64,000 nt of DNA from the human T2T-CHM13v2.0 reference genome, Homo sapiens: assembly GCF_009914755.1 (NCBI RefSeq), contig NC_060933.1; one strand, 5' to 3'. A program made the translations under genes and the position numbers. The notes below the pieces were generated by a model. The model did not search any database. It worked only from the letters and a program-made list of their open reading frames with translations, and was not told the origin of the DNA. The first letter of the stretch is position 1, and each line of letters starts with the position of its first letter. Positions 1 through 14,960 of this stretch are shown in pieces.

Positions 1-59
1 AGAAGACGCGAACACTTTAGTAGAAAAATAAGACAACAATATGAAAGGCAGTATTTGAA

Positions 60-480
60 AGAGCAAGTGGCCAAGATACGAATGCAAAAATCAAGGAAAT
101 CAGACAGCAATATCTGACATTTTTCATTGTTTAGATTGGCAGAGATGAAAAGGATAGTAACATTCTGGGTTAGCAAGAGTATAAGAACATGGGTCCCCGT
201 TTATGGTGGGAGTGTAAACTGTTAAAACACTTCTGGAGATCAGTAGTTCTCTTCCCTGTAATTCTGTTTTTAGGAAACTATTCACAGAATATAAATGTAT
301 AAGTATGTACAACTTAGGTACAAGATTGTTCACTGTAGTAGTTATTGTGGTGAAAAATTGTAAACAACCTCAATAAGGGATGAGGAAGTAAATCTGTATG
401 TCAATATTATGAAATCTCTACAGCTATTTTATCTATAGGGCAATATTTATTGCAGTAGGGAAACATTCATGATTATTGCC
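60..480 (+). mobile_element. Old L1M (L1ME-like) 3' fragment
   Basis: Degenerate L1 ORF2-end motifs such as 'ggtgggagtgtaaactg...cacttctgga' and 'gttcactgtag...aacaacct'. Confidence 0.5.
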
Positions 481-1968
481 AAAATGAAAAAAGCCAGCCA
501 TAAAGCAGATATGTAATATGTAGTAAGCCTGATATTGTAAAAATATAGCTATGATGGTAGCTAAAATGCACTGAGAATTTATAGACCAGGCGTTATGCTG
601 TATTGTTACAGTAAGATTATTTTTTTAATGAACATTTGAACAGTGATTATTCCTGGTCAGTGGGTTTATGGGTGAGTAGTGTTTCTATATTTTCTTTCTT
701 ATCTTTGGTAATTTGATCTATTACAAAATTTTCTTTCCACTTCATCGTCTTTACTTGTAACCCCACTTTCTCAGGATAAGTTGAAAACAAGGAATCGAAT
801 AATTTTAGGAGCCATCACGGGGACTAGGAACAAACCCAGTTTCTAGCCAAGTTCTAGAACTATAAATATATGTCAGTTTGCTTCATTAGGCATTTAGCTT
901 AAAACTATTGGAACACCTGCCCTGCCCTCCATAGAGCCCTGAATTAAATTGTGCTGCTTGGGTTTCTTCTGAATGCATGGCTACTTTTCTGGTTTCACCA
1001 AGAAGATGTGTACAAACATTATAAGTAAGCAGCTGCTAATGACTTTTGCTGGCATTTCTTTTAAATGAAGATTTTTTTTTTTCAGTTCCCTAAGTCTTAT
1101 CCCTAGTGTCATAGCATTGACACTGTTTTTTCGTAAAGGGAAAGAGGGCAGCTAAGACATGTATAGGGTATTGGAGTGCTCCTGTAAGATGTTCTTGGTA
1201 ATTTGGTGTGAGCTGTTCAGCCTCATTCTCCAGCCCTTAGGCCACGAGTCTCCTGGGCATCTGTCACTTCTTAGCTTCTCAGCAAAAAGCCTGTAGGCAG
1301 TGCCATTCTAGCAAAAAAAGAATGAAGTGAGGGAGAGATACCTGAGAAGATAGGAGACGTTCCCAGTGATCCCTGTTGAACTTGAATGCGGAACATTGTT
1401 AATAGTCTCTGGCAGGCTTCTATTTTGAAGACAGAAAATACAAAGTTTAGGAAGCCATAAATGGTAAAATAATATATTCTTCTCAGCAACCCAAACAAAA
1501 TACATAAAAATGGAAAAAACACTACCGTGAAACGTAGCCTCAGTAATGAGATGGGCAGGCCACTTTTGCCTTTCTCCCAAAGAGGACACGTCTAGCAAGA
1601 TCCACTGGACTGCTGACGGTGGTGGATTGCTGGGCACAAGCATGCCTTTATGGATGGTCTGGCTTTCTCTGGGGCCTGCCACTCTTTGATGGCTTCAATG
1701 GCAAGTGCTTCGACCTCTGAGATAAATAATTTCTGTGAAATCATTTCTAGAGTGAAGCTAACTTTTCCAACCTCTGCAGCATCTTGTGATGTTTCTGGGG
1801 ATAATATTAACTTGTAAGCTGAGAAACAGTTGAGACTGCTTCAAGAGATTTGTTTTCTTGTGTAGTAATCTGCTGAAGCATATACCAAATTGATGTTTTT
1901 ATTTGCTGCAAAACTTCGGGTTTTGGTCCTTTTAAAGTAGTTTCAGATTTCAGCATTTAAAAATAATT

Positions 1969-2344
<376 letters not shown>

Positions 2345-2619
2345 TTAGGTGGTTCTCTTAAGAGTAAGGGTTTTGCAAGATGCTTCTTTCATAATTGGAC
2401 ACAACTTGTAGAAAGTGAGGTGTGAGTTTGTTTGATTTATATGTTTTTCTTATCAGATTATGGAACTATCCATTAATAAGCTACTCTAGAAATTATTTGG
2501 ATTTAAAAACTCTCTTTGGAGAGTTGCAAGGGCCTGCCTGATCTGACCCTGGCCTCTCCACCCTGATTGAGGGCCAGTTTTTCCCCTCTTTATGCTCTGG
2601 TCCTCCATCTTTCTTAACA

Positions 2620-2770
2620 AACAGTAAGCATTCGCCCATTAACCGCCAGGCTCTGTGCTGAGTTTTAGGTATAGAGAGATGGATAAAATACTCATTCCCT
2701 GCCCCCGTGGAACTGGCAGTGCAGTGTGGGAGACAGACCAATGATTATGCAAATATATAATTAGAATTTG
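2620..2770 (-). mobile_element. L2 3' fragment
   Basis: 'ccaggctctgtgctg...ccctgcccccgtggaactggcagtgcagtgtgggagacagac' resembles the antisense L2 3' end. Confidence 0.5.
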
Positions 2771-2916
2771 TCACAGGTGCAGCAAAGAACAATGCTAGGG
2801 CACTCTCACGTGGAGGTCATACCTGACATTCTGTTGTGGAGAGAGGCCATGTTCTTTTCAGTATGTAGAAAGGTTAAGGTTGTCTATGAGGTGCAGCTGG
2901 GGAAGCTCTCACCAGC

Positions 2917-2924
2917 TGACGTCA
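2917..2924. promoter_or_regulatory. Full CRE palindrome TGACGTCA (motif only)
   Basis: Exact 8-mer with its CpG retained; function unproven. Confidence 0.25.
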
Positions 2925-3529
2925 TTCAAAAAGTGAACAGGGTACTACTATTTGCACATAAAAAAGAGCAGGTTATGGTTTCACAGACACTTTAGATTCT
3001 TATTCAGAGAGGATAGCTTTGAGGGTAAAGAACTACTTCTCATGTCTTACTGAAGCTAGGGTCATGGAACATCTCCAGCTGGAATAGTTTCTGTTAAATA
3101 AGATTGTATGATATGATTTTACATCATTATCTTTCTTACCAAAGATCATAACTCTGTCTCACAGAAATGTGTGGTCATGCAGTGTTTCCCTGAGGATGCG
3201 TCTTTAAACTGAGAAATTGAGGCTGAGAAGAAACCAGGCCTTTGCAGAGTTGCGGGCCAAGGGGTTTGAGCCCACCCCCCGACCTGCCCACTTCATGTCA
3301 TCTGGGAGCTAGTCCACTCCCACTCATCCTTTAGGCCTTGATCCAGATGATACTTATTGGAATCCCTTTCTCTGACCTAGTAGGTTGGATCAGGTTCCTT
3401 TTATTACATTCACCATGGTTTGTGATTGTGCATTAATTTTATGGCCATTCGATTAAATGCCTGTCTCCTTCAGTTGGTCTCTAAATTCCTGAAGGGAGGG
3501 ATCAAGTTTCTGCTGATCTCTTGGGGTAG

Positions 3530-3645
3530 TTACCATTATGCCCATTTTACTGATGAGGAAACTAAGGCACAGGGAAGTGTAGTGACTCATCCAAAATAAT
3601 ACACGGTATTAATGGTGGAGGCAGAGTTTGACACTGGCAGTCCAT
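3530..3645 (-). mobile_element. MIR
   Basis: cccattttactgatgaggaaactaaggcacag is the antisense MIR core. Confidence 0.8.
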
Positions 3646-3689
3646 CCTTTCAAAGTTGGAATAGACTTTAAATGAATCATTTAATTATT

Positions 3690-4380
3690 TAATTGGTCAA
3701 TGGAACAAAATGGAAAGTCCAGCAATAAGTAGTACATTGTGGTGATTTGGTATACAATAAAGGCAGTATTTAAAATCATCAAAAAAGAATAGATTATTTA
3801 GTAAATGGCATTTGGACAATTAGCTATTCGTTTGAGAAATAAAATTTAATCCTTTTTGTCACATCTTAAAATAAATTTTAACTAGTTGGAAAATATGAAG
3901 GTAAAAGAGTGTAAAAAGAAAATATGGTTTCTTTTGAAATGGAGAATACTTTCTAAACATAACATATCATGCAGAGACTGTGCACTATGGATGAAGGCTG
4001 GTGAATTTTTGCTACTTGTAAAAATGAAGAACTGCTGAGTAGCAAAGGATCCTAAAGATGGTTGAAGTGACTAATGGGATTAAGATTTGCAGCATACAAT
4101 TAAAAATAAAATTTACAAAACCCAGCCTTGGCAAGGGTACACTGCCAAATGGCACTGTATTTCCAGCAGGTTCTTCTTTCTGGGATCCAGTTAGGCAATA
4201 TGTGTCAATATGCAGATTCCCTTTGATTAAGGTACTTCTTGGAATTTATCACAAGTAGGATAATTGGGGATGTGCAAAGATGTATGTTCAAAATTTATTG
4301 CTGTGTTAATGGTAGTGAAATATTGGTCCAGTCATATGATGGAGTTTTATGAGGCAAATGATGTGATCTACATTCACGTG
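3690..4380 (+). mobile_element. Old L1M ORF2 fragments
   Basis: A-rich degenerate L1 motifs such as 'tggaacaaaatggaaagtccag' and 'ttatttagtaaatggcatttggacaattag'. Confidence 0.5.
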
Positions 4381-7300
4381 GAAACCTTTCTTTGACGTGC
4401 TTACGGTTGGGGGACAGATTCTAGCCAGGCATTTGTAGCATGAACCCATATGTAAAATTGTGGGTGTGGCCTGTGTATGTTCTTTTGGATGGGTGGTGAT
4501 TTGGAACTAGGGTCACAATGTTAATTATCTCTAGATGTGGGCTTTCAAACGTTTTCTTTTTCTTAAAATTTTTTTTGATATTTCCTTTAAAAAATATAAA
4601 CGGTGAATATATACCTATTGATAATAAACCCATCCAGGAAACGGGAATAAATATCTAAGACTGCCTATCTTTTTTTTTTTTCTAATCTGAACAGTTATTT
4701 TGCTTATGAAATATAAAATTAGGACACTTTGTCATTTTGTATTTAAATTCTTATATCACTTATTTTGGGCTCCTATACATGCTCTTCCTGCGTTTGGCTT
4801 TCCTAGCCACTGTAGTTGGGATGTTTGAAATATTCAGGGTACTGAACAGCAGTTTAGACACAAAAAGGTACCTGGGTGCAGAAGCATTTTCATTAAAATT
4901 ACATGAACGCTGGAGTTTATTCTACAGCACAAAGCCTTCCTGGATGAACTGGATTAATGTTTGATAGAAACACAGCCTCTTAAGCATCAATGTTCTTAAA
5001 CTGTTTGATTATTAATTAAATGTCCTATGTTCTTCAGCCTTAAAAGGTAGGAGAAACTAAGACAAAGGAGAAAAAAATCAAGATGTCAAAGACAGGAATG
5101 TAATGTCGAAGGGAGAATTTCAAATAACCCACCTCCACACAAGCCTTTCTCAGGGAGACGGTTAAACAGCACAGCTGGCTCCGATTCTGATGTTTTCTCA
5201 GTTAGATCTTCAGAGAACAGTTTTAATAAAGCTTTAATTATGGAGCATCCCTACACACACTGTAGACAGGGATCATTCAGCTGCATAATGTTGCTGATGA
5301 TATATTTATGGAATGCTATTTCCATCCTAGTTTAAGGTATCTGTTGCTCTTAGTTACTGGAGCTATGCTGATTTCAGAACTACAAACAGCTTTTAATATT
5401 GAACATGCTAACTGGTTCAATGTATATGTTGTACTACTTTAGTTTTTGTGGGGAATGGACTTTAAAGATTAGTTTCATGCTGATCCACAGTGTGGGAACA
5501 TGTTTGGTATTTTTAAAAACTCTTTACTCATTGTCTGAGGTGAGAAATTGTTGGAAGACAGAGCAGAGGGGAGAAAGAGATATGTTATTTATGTAGGTGA
5601 AAAATACCATGTGAATTTAGAGTTTAGAGTTTAGAATATGGCAACCTTAATGAATTTTGGAGCTGCAGTAGGTAATGGATCTCTAAATTTTTTTCTGCAA
5701 TTTTTGTTGTTATCCATTAGCTCAGTGACAATCACTGTGATCCCCTCCCTTGGTCAGTGTGTCCCTCAGCATTCTTAACCATTGTGTATGTGCACTACCA
5801 AGCTTTTCCCTGGGTGCCTCATGTGTGGTGGTGTTTCTACAGCTTTTTTGCAGTGCTCAACGTCTTCACCTAATAGGTCACGTGGTGGCTGTGCCTGACC
5901 TGCACATGGTCATTTCTTTTTGGTTGCTGAAGCCCAGGTTGTCTTAAGAGATACCGTTGTTTTTCTTTTTCTTTTTTTGGAATCAATTTTTTTTTTTACT
6001 AAAGGACATACAGCAAGATGGGTGAAAGGTGGAAAAAATAAACACAGGGCTTAATGTTGAGAGGGTATTTTTAGACTTAGAAGCAGCTTGCTGCTTTCCA
6101 TGAAATAGTTGAGTGTAATTCATGACTCATGTTTCCGTTTTTGGTGGTTTTTCTTTAAAGGATGAAGGCTGGATTAACTGTGTGTTTGTGCGTGCCTCTG
6201 CAGTTTGGTTCTCTGGATTCATAGGAGTGGGTTTCTTTTATTTAGTAACTATGTGCATAATTTCCTTTTGTCCTTTGTAAAATATCTTTTTAGTCATAAA
6301 AATCAAATCATCTTCCCATGTAAGCTTCAGAAAAGGTGAAGTTATATATTGAAACAAACCATGACAGTAGTTAAATTTTTTGTAGGGATAGCAGAGGAAG
6401 CCAGTGAGTGGTTCAATAACATTGTTAATTTTCAAGTTCTCTGGAATGCTTAAATAGAGCTGAAGTACGTTTTAGGTCATTTTGAGTTGGTACACTTTTG
6501 TTGGTGACTTGTTGTGTCCCAAAAACTTGGGGTATGGTCACTGGGGAAGAGAATCCTATTGGTGGGAAATCTTCATCTGTCTGTGGTGGGTTTGATGCTG
6601 CCAAATAGGTAAAAGTAATTACAATTCTGGTAGTATGAAAGAGAAATGGTCAAGCTTGGGAGTCATGGATTGTACTTTGGGGCTGGGAATCTTATAGATT
6701 GTTCATATATGGAAAGCATTTTAAGGGCATTTCAGAAAGCCTTCTGGTTGAACTTCATGAAACTTAACTCTTCCTTCCCGACTGTCTCTCCCACCTTCTG
6801 AAAACCACAGAAACAGCTCTATTTATTGGGTTCTATGACTTAAAAGAAGAAAAGACTGAAGAGTGACAATCAGACGTCTTTAAAGTTCTCTTTTGGACCC
6901 AAGGCAGGATGCTCGTGGCATTTCAACACCTTCCTCAGGATCAGAGTAGGGAGAGACAGAAATGATCTTTATTTTTGGGATCACAGCTTGAAATGGGGCT
7001 GCTGGGCTGTATTGGATTTGATTCTGTCCAAAAGGCGAAAGTAATGATAGCTGCTGGGCTCCCATCCTCCATGAAAACCCAGTCAGTTCATTGTCAGTTT
7101 AATTGTTGTTTTCTGAGCTCTTCTGTTTTGAACATTTTTAAAAAAGACTTTTGCTTTCCTCTTTCTAAGTGTTTTGTATCATACCCCAATGCAGAGGCCA
7201 CCAGCCACCTTGCCTCTTTCACCCCCGTCTCCAGGAGATTGGCAGGTCTAATGGCTGTCACTGTAGAACAGACCTTCCAGGTGACTCTTGACCCCTCAAA

Positions 7301-7944
7301 TGAGGAGTAACCGGATCCCATGTAGACCTGGCAGTATAAAAAAACTTTAATATTATTGATTTGCAAAAGAAGGATTATAAACAAAACGCTAACAAGACAG
7401 TTGATTGTCAAATTTTCCTCTTTATTTCTCCATTTTTGGGGAAGATGGAGTGGGAATAAGGTAGGAAACATGCACCAAAATGAAAACATTTCTTGTAGGT
7501 GAGAATAACAAGGACTCTATCACTGAAACATTCTCTTTTTAATGTTTAACTGCAGGATGCTTAAAGAAATCCTACAATTATTGTAGACATTGATGTGCTA
7601 TCAAGAAAAATCCATCTTAAATCCCCTGCAAAGTTCATTAAAATCTTCCTCATTGTGGTACTTTACTTGAGATTAATTTCTTTAGGTAGCATGTTTTTAC
7701 TTTAGTTGTAGCAAAGAGCCACATTTACAACAGGAGCTTGGGCCCAGTCATGGAACAGTGCTGTGTGTGCACATTCTGTGGGACTGATTCTGAGGACATG
7801 CCACTGAGTCTTTTGGTCTGTGTTGGAGAGGTCACCTTAATTCCAGAGCAGCAAAGAGTTTTATTTATGAGAAATATCCTGATATGTTAAAATATGTTTT
7901 TGAACATATTTTGGATCAATTTGTCTTATTAAAAAGCCAGCATT

Positions 7945-8725
7945 ATTTGTATGCCAATGTTCATTGCAGCATTATTGACCATAGTCAAGAGGTGGGAGCA
8001 ACCCAAGTGTCTGTGGAGAGATAAATAGATAAACAAAATATGGTAGATCCTGCCACATGCTACACCATGGATGAGCTGTAAGGACATTAAGCTAAGTTAA
8101 ATAACACAGAAATAAAAAGCCAAAGACTCTGTGATCCCACTTATAAGGTACCTAGAGTAGTCAAATTCATAGACAGAAAGTAGAACAGTGGTTGAGAGGG
8201 GAGGGCAACTGGGGAGTTGTGTAACGGGTACAGAGTTTCAGATGGGAGAGATGGAAAGAGTTCTAGAGATGGACGGTGGTGATGGTTGCATAAAACATGA
8301 ATACACGGCTGGGCGTGGTGGCTCACTCCTGTAATCCCAGCACTTTGGGAGGTCAAAGCCCATGGGTCACCTGAGGTCAGGGGTTCGAGACCAGCCTGGC
8401 CAACATGGAGAAACCCCATCTCTATTAGAAATACAAAATTAGCCGAGTGTGGTGGTGCATGCCTGTAATCCCAGCTACTCGGGAGGCTGAGACAGGAGAA
8501 TCATTTGAACCCGGGAGGCGGAGGTTGCGGTGTGGTGAGCTGAGATCGTGCCATTGCACTCCAGCCTGGGCAACAAGAGCGAAACTCCATGTCAAAAAAG
8601 AAACAAACAAAAGCAACCATGAATAAACTTATGCCACTGAATTATATATACACTTACAAGTTAAGATGGTAAATTTTATGTTACATATATTTTACTACAA
8701 ATAAAAGTTAAAAAATAGAAAAAAG
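7945..8725 (+). mobile_element. L1MB-type 3' end interrupted by an Alu
   Basis: 'aatgttcattgcagcattatt...aggtacctagagtagtcaaattcatagacagaaagtagaa...gttctagagatggacggtggtgatggttgca'; resumes after the Alu with 'gccactgaatt...aagatggtaaattttatgtta'. Confidence 0.85.
8307..8614 (+). mobile_element. AluSp-like, nested in L1MB
   Basis: Full Alu with 'ggagaaacccc', 'ccattgcac' and 'aacaagagcgaaactcc'; TSD aaacatgaatacac / aaccatgaataaac. Confidence 0.95.
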
Positions 8726-9029
8726 GGTGAGTCAGTCTCCGATATGTTGTTTTTAGTTTCTGGTCATGGTGGGGTTTGGCTGCCCTGGTCCTACGCTTGT
8801 TACAAAACTGCTGGTGGGAAGGGTCCTTAGACCTGTCATCTGCTCCAACACTTTCACTTCATACGTGAGAAAACTGGGTCTCAGAAGTGAGGTATTTACC
8901 CCCTCCTGCGTGGGCTTCTTCCTTCAGTTTCCTGGAGAGGCTGTGCAAAGTGCAGCAAGAGCTGGACACTGGACTCTGCTGCCTGGGCTCCACTCTGCTC
9001 TGCTGCTTACTCGCCAAGTCCACACAGAC

Positions 9030-9185
9030 CGTTAACTTTTCTAAACCTGTTTCTGAATGTATAAAATGGGAATAATGTCAGTATCCTATGAGGTTGTTAT
9101 GGGGATTAACTGAGTGAATGCATTTTAGGTGCTTAGCATAGTATTTTCACACAGTAAGTAACACATGAATCTTAGCCGTTTGTTA
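9030..9185 (+). mobile_element. MIR
   Basis: 'taaaatgggaataat...gaggttgttatggggattaactgagt...gtgcttagcatagt'. Confidence 0.75.
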
Positions 9186-9705
9186 TTGCTTTGTTATTGC
9201 TGTTGTTACTGGCATGTGCTGCAAAGAGCCTTTAGGGACAGAGGTTTGGGATTGAGGCTCAGTGGCAATTACTTGTTAGTTCTCTGTCCTTAGCCATGCT
9301 GCTTAATTTCTCCTTGTTACCCAGTGCATGAAGTAAGGATGGGTGAAGCACTTGTCTTGGTGTGGTGCTTGTGAAGAGAGAGAGTGGAGTACCTGACAGA
9401 GCACTTGGTGAATGGTAATGACCCAGGTCAGTTTTAGTGGGTAAGAGGATGTCACTGCAGCCTGGAGGGCTGGCATCTACTAAGGCGTGGTCTTCAAGGG
9501 CGGTGCTGAGAACAGGCATGCTCAGCTCTGACCTTGGGTTAGGGTGGAGGTGTGTTCTTCTAGGCCCGCTTTCTAGGGCCTCCTGAGAAAGGGGTCACCG
9601 GACTTCTCTAGGTCAGTTGTCCCTAAAAGTAGGTCGAGGACCTGCAGGTAGAGCCTGGTATAGCTTGAGTCAGGGACAGAGGTATTAGTGTTCTTTCACA
9701 AGTCA

Positions 9706-10003
9706 TTTTTTTTTTTTTTTGAAATGGGGTCTTTGTGTCCCAGACTGGAGTGCAGGGGGACAGTCATGGCTCACTGCAACCTCAACTTCCTGGGCTCAAG
9801 TGATCCTCTCACCTTAGCCTCCCGAGTAGCTGGGAATACAGGCATTCACCACCATGCCCAGCTAACTTTTTTAGAAAAATTTTTTGTAGAGATGGGGTCT
9901 TTCTGTGTTGCCCAGGCTTGTCTTGAACACCTGGCCTCAAATGATCCTCTTGTCTTGGCCTCCCAAAGTACTGGCATTACAGACAAGAGCTACTGCAGTA
10001 GGC
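9706..10003 (-). mobile_element. AluJ
   Basis: Poly(T), then diverged antisense Alu with J-type 'tcctgggctcaagtgatcctctcacc'. Confidence 0.93.
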
Positions 10004-10757
10004 TACAGTTACTTTTGTTTCCAATCCCAGGTAATAGACATCCCCTCACTACTGACTCATCCTCTTCCTGACTGTTTTTCACTAGCTTAGCCTTACCTAC
10101 TTCCAGAGGAAGACTTCATCCGAAATTGAGATGACCAGGGAGGTCATTTGTGCTCAAGAAAAATTCATCTAGCAGGCATGTATTGAGAACCAGTATATGA
10201 TAGGGGTAAGAGGCTAGAAATATAAAGGGTAATGAAATGCTGCTGACATGCAGGGGCTCAGCACTTTCAGTATATAGTCCTAGTACCTGAGAGCTAGCAA
10301 AAAACAAGCAGAGATGTTTCTCTTAGCCCAGGCAGCTCCTCACTGTGGGGGTCTGGTGCCAACATTGCAACTGTATTGTGTATTATTTAAATGTGTTTGT
10401 ATGTTTGTGTTCAGTGTACATATGTTTTCAGATTTGTGAAAAATACATAATAAACTGCATGTCATAAAATTCATGGTGTGAGATTTGTCATAGTCTATTA
10501 CATTCCTAAAGACTCTCAATATTGTGGACATTCAAACTAAATGATTCCAGAATGACTTTAAAATGCTAGTGTCAGAGCAGGCAGTAGGGATGCCTTCCTG
10601 TATGGGTGTGGCCATATTCACCTGTATGGGGCCCAGGCAGTAACTGAACTGATAGTTTCATCAAAGTCAACACGTTATTTTTTGAACTCTGACACTCTAT
10701 GCTTGGTATGCTTGAGCACATGATCCCTTTCATTAATGGCTTATTTTTTTCAAGTAG

Positions 10758-11119
<362 letters not shown>

Positions 11120-11830
11120 CAGACCCCACAACTCCCAAGGCCAATTAAACCAGAAGCTTCCCAAGTGTTACCAAGCTGCAGCCTGGCTTGGGAATCATTA
11201 GCCTATCCAAAAGTTTGACTAGTATCTCCCTTCCCTTTTGATTGATATGAATGATGCTAATCTTGCTTCGATGGTCCATGGCTGTACCAGTTCAGTTTCT
11301 TCTTTGTATCCATCATGAGAGATCTGATATAGGAAACAAGGCTAAAATCAATTTTAAAAGTTTCTACAGATTTACTTGATGTTCTCTGATGAAGTGAAGC
11401 TGGATATCCTTTAACTACCTGAGCTGCCTGCCACCTTCTGTTTTCTTTCTCTTTGCTAAATTAGGGGAGTAAAGGTGAAACTTAATGTTAGTTGTTCCAT
11501 ATCCTGCAGTGCTGAAAACTACCACAACCAAGAAATAAAATTACAAAATTCAAGATGTATTTTGGCTAGCTTCACTCTTTGTCCAGGCAGCTTCAGTGAA
11601 GTGGCAATTTAGAAATAGACGGTCAGCAGTAGAAAGTAAGACCCCACTTGTGATTTACCCAAGTTCTTTGGAAAGATGCAAGCCCTCCTGTAAACACACA
11701 GTGATTCAGAGGAGCATGTTTACTAGCTGAAGCCCTTTTTTTCTCCTCTTCTCATAAGGCCGGTTATCGAGGGAGTTTGTGTGTCTGGGGAAAGGACTAC
11801 TTTATGATAGTTCCTTAAAATTATGACATA

Positions 11831-12317
11831 CAGTCATGCATCAGGTAACAATGGGATATATTCTGAGAAATGCATCATTAGGTGATTTCATAATTGTGTG
11901 AACATCCTAGAGTGTAATCACACAGACCTAGATGGTGGAGCCTGCTGCAAACCTAGGCTATATGATGTAGTCCATTGCTCCAAGGTAATGAACCTGTACA
12001 GCATATTACCATACTGAATGTTGTAGGTAATTATAACACCATCATAGCATTTGTGTATCGAAACATATTTAAATGTAGAAAAGATACAGTAAAAATATGG
12101 TATAAACGATTAAAAATAGTATAACTGTACAGGGCACTTTCCATGAATGGGGCTTGTAGGACTGGAAGTTGCTTCTGGGTGAATTGGTGAGTGAGTGGTG
12201 ATGAAATCATCTAATCAGTTATGACATAGCTGAGTTTTTCAGGTCTTATAATCTTACAGGACTACCATCATGTATTTGAGCCATCGTTGACCAAAATGTC
12301 TATGCGGCACGTGGCTG
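11831..12317 (-). mobile_element. Tigger3-family non-autonomous DNA transposon
   Basis: Ends cagtcatgc... and ...tatgcggcacgtggctg, each flanked by TA; internal 'ttctgagaaatgcatcattaggtgatttc' and 'acctaggctata'. Confidence 0.88.
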
Positions 12318-12840
12318 TATTTAGCTGAACGATTAAGTAGAAATAACCTATTAAGACCTTTTTCCAAAGTATTTTTTACATGGTTCATTGTTCACATTCT
12401 GTATATATTTACATCATACTGTATGGTCTGCAATTGTATTTTTGACTTTTTCTTCAAATTTTGAATGGCTAAAAATTCCAGCAGGGTTCAAGAGCTTGTC
12501 CTTTTTGATTGTGTTTTGTTTCATCCGTAGCAGAATTGCCTAGATTGAAATGAAATGAAAATAATGAATGGTATGACACTTGGTATCATCACAAACTGAT
12601 CATTCAAATGAATGGGTTAAATACTGTTCATGTCATGATTTATGGAATGCTTTCCTGTCCCAAATACTTGTGCTTGGTGCTAGGCATACAATTATATGAA
12701 ATGTTTATTATGGTGAAGAAATTCAAGATTTTCCTTCACCTTACCTCATCTGTTCAAATGAAAATGGGATCTTTGTGTTTGGGGGGCTGTTTTGCACTTG
12801 TATATATAAACAAGTGAGGAAGCTGGATATTTAGGAATAA

Positions 12841-13143
<303 letters not shown>

Positions 13144-13849
13144 TAAACTTTCCTCTTAACGGTCAAATCTTACTGAAGAAATCTGTTAATGGAAACTTTG
13201 ATAAATACAATGAACAGATTTGGTTCTTCCTCATCCACATAGGTTGGAAGCAACAAGTATTTTGATTGTTGACTCATACTTCTCCAGTGAAGTGACAATG
13301 TGTTGATGGATTAAACACAGTTATTTTTAAGCTGCTTTGACATTCTCTAGGCAAAGTATTATCAGGAACAGAGCCCTGAGATTTGAGAGTTGCAGATGCT
13401 TTCATGATTCTTCACTGTCTGTCTCTCCTTACATAAGTGTTTCCAGAAAGCTAATAAAATTATTCCTGAAGGTTAAAAACAAGGAAGTTATGAACCGGAT
13501 TTGAGGTTGAAATTAGGTAGGGGGAACATGAATTATTTTCTGTAACGTACAAGTGGAAACAATTTAATCAATCCTTTTTATTTTTATTGAATGTAGACAG
13601 AAAATTCAGTGCAGGTGGCTGCATTGCATTTCATTTACAATAATTAAAAAATGTTTGAGTAAAACAGCTCTGTTTTGGTGGACAGAGATCCAGGACACCC
13701 ACTTTCACTTACAGGTGATCCGCTCTTTCACTGATCCCAGCATCTGCTGCTTCTGTGTCACACCGCTGGGGGAATGGGAGATCCAGAGCTGATGAAGGCA
13801 TGGTCCTGGCTCTGCTTTGTCCAGCTAGTGACAATGTTAGTAACCCGCA

Positions 13850-14010
13850 TTATTGAGCACTTAATAAACAATAATTCTCACAGCCCGATAAAGTAGTTTT
13901 TTATGGCATCCTCATTTTTAGATGAGGAAATAGAAATGCAGAGATGTGATAGCTTGCCCAAGATCAGTCTGTAAGAGGTATAATTAGAGTTTGAAGCCAG
14001 GTAGTCAGAG
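13850..14010 (-). mobile_element. MIR
   Basis: 'catttttagatgaggaaa...cttgcccaagatca...tttgaagccaggtagtc'. Confidence 0.75.
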
Positions 14011-14809
14011 TTTTTTTTTTTCTGGATATTTTGCAAAGAAAGTTTGAGACTTAAGGAAAGAGCAAAGATGCTCTTGTGTTTAAGCAGATCCATTGAGCAC
14101 TTTTTGGGTCATGGTCTCTGTACCCATAAAACTCTGAAAAGTACAGGGGTTGCAAATCATATGCGTGCGTAAGCCAAGCAGGTAGAATAGAGGCATGAAG
14201 TTGGCCAGATGGTCTGTGGTGAGCAGGGGAGCTCTCCGTGGGGCCACCTCCCTGCAGCTGTAGCCAGTGAGAAAGTGAGCCCAGTATGGCTGATCTCTAG
14301 AAGGGAAGCTAATGAAAGGTTTAACAAAACATCTCTGGGTCATAAAAATTGATCTTTACATCACATCAGGTTTGTGAATATACAACGTGAAACGTTTAGA
14401 TATGTACTTGATACGGCTTTGGGGAATTTATTGAGAATGTGGGAAAACATTTGTTCTCTAAAAGAAAGTTGCAGATCATACTGCAAAGTGACAGCTGAGC
14501 AAAGGCTCCCCCTTGAGAAGGGCATGTGCTACTCAGCTCATGGCATCTGGGCTCTCATTGATAATGGGGGGTAGGTTGGAAGATTCTTGGAAGCCACAGC
14601 AAGACACACCACACCTGGGCTCTCATAATCATTTTGCCACCCTAGAGAGCTCCAGACACACGATTGGCCCTCTAACAGAGGAACATTTTAATACAAGTGT
14701 GTACTGCTCAAGGACTCATTTGCTAAGTTAGGGGCAGACTCCTTGGTACCACCAAATCCTATTTTTCCTAAATCGGTCAATGTATTGTCATATCCCCTGT
14801 GTGCAGTTT

Positions 14810-14960
14810 TAACTCTGTGAGTCTGGATTTGAATGGAGGCCCAGCTTTATTCTAGCTGTGCAACTGTGGGCAAGTTCCATCTTCTCCAAAGTTAGCTTCC
14901 TCAGGGTATTGCAAGAATTAAATAGCAAAATGCACATAAGTGTCTGGCGTAGAGTAAGTG
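14810..14960 (+). mobile_element. MIR fragment
   Basis: 'ctggatttgaat...ctagctgtgcaactgtgggcaagtt...aagaattaaat'. Confidence 0.6.
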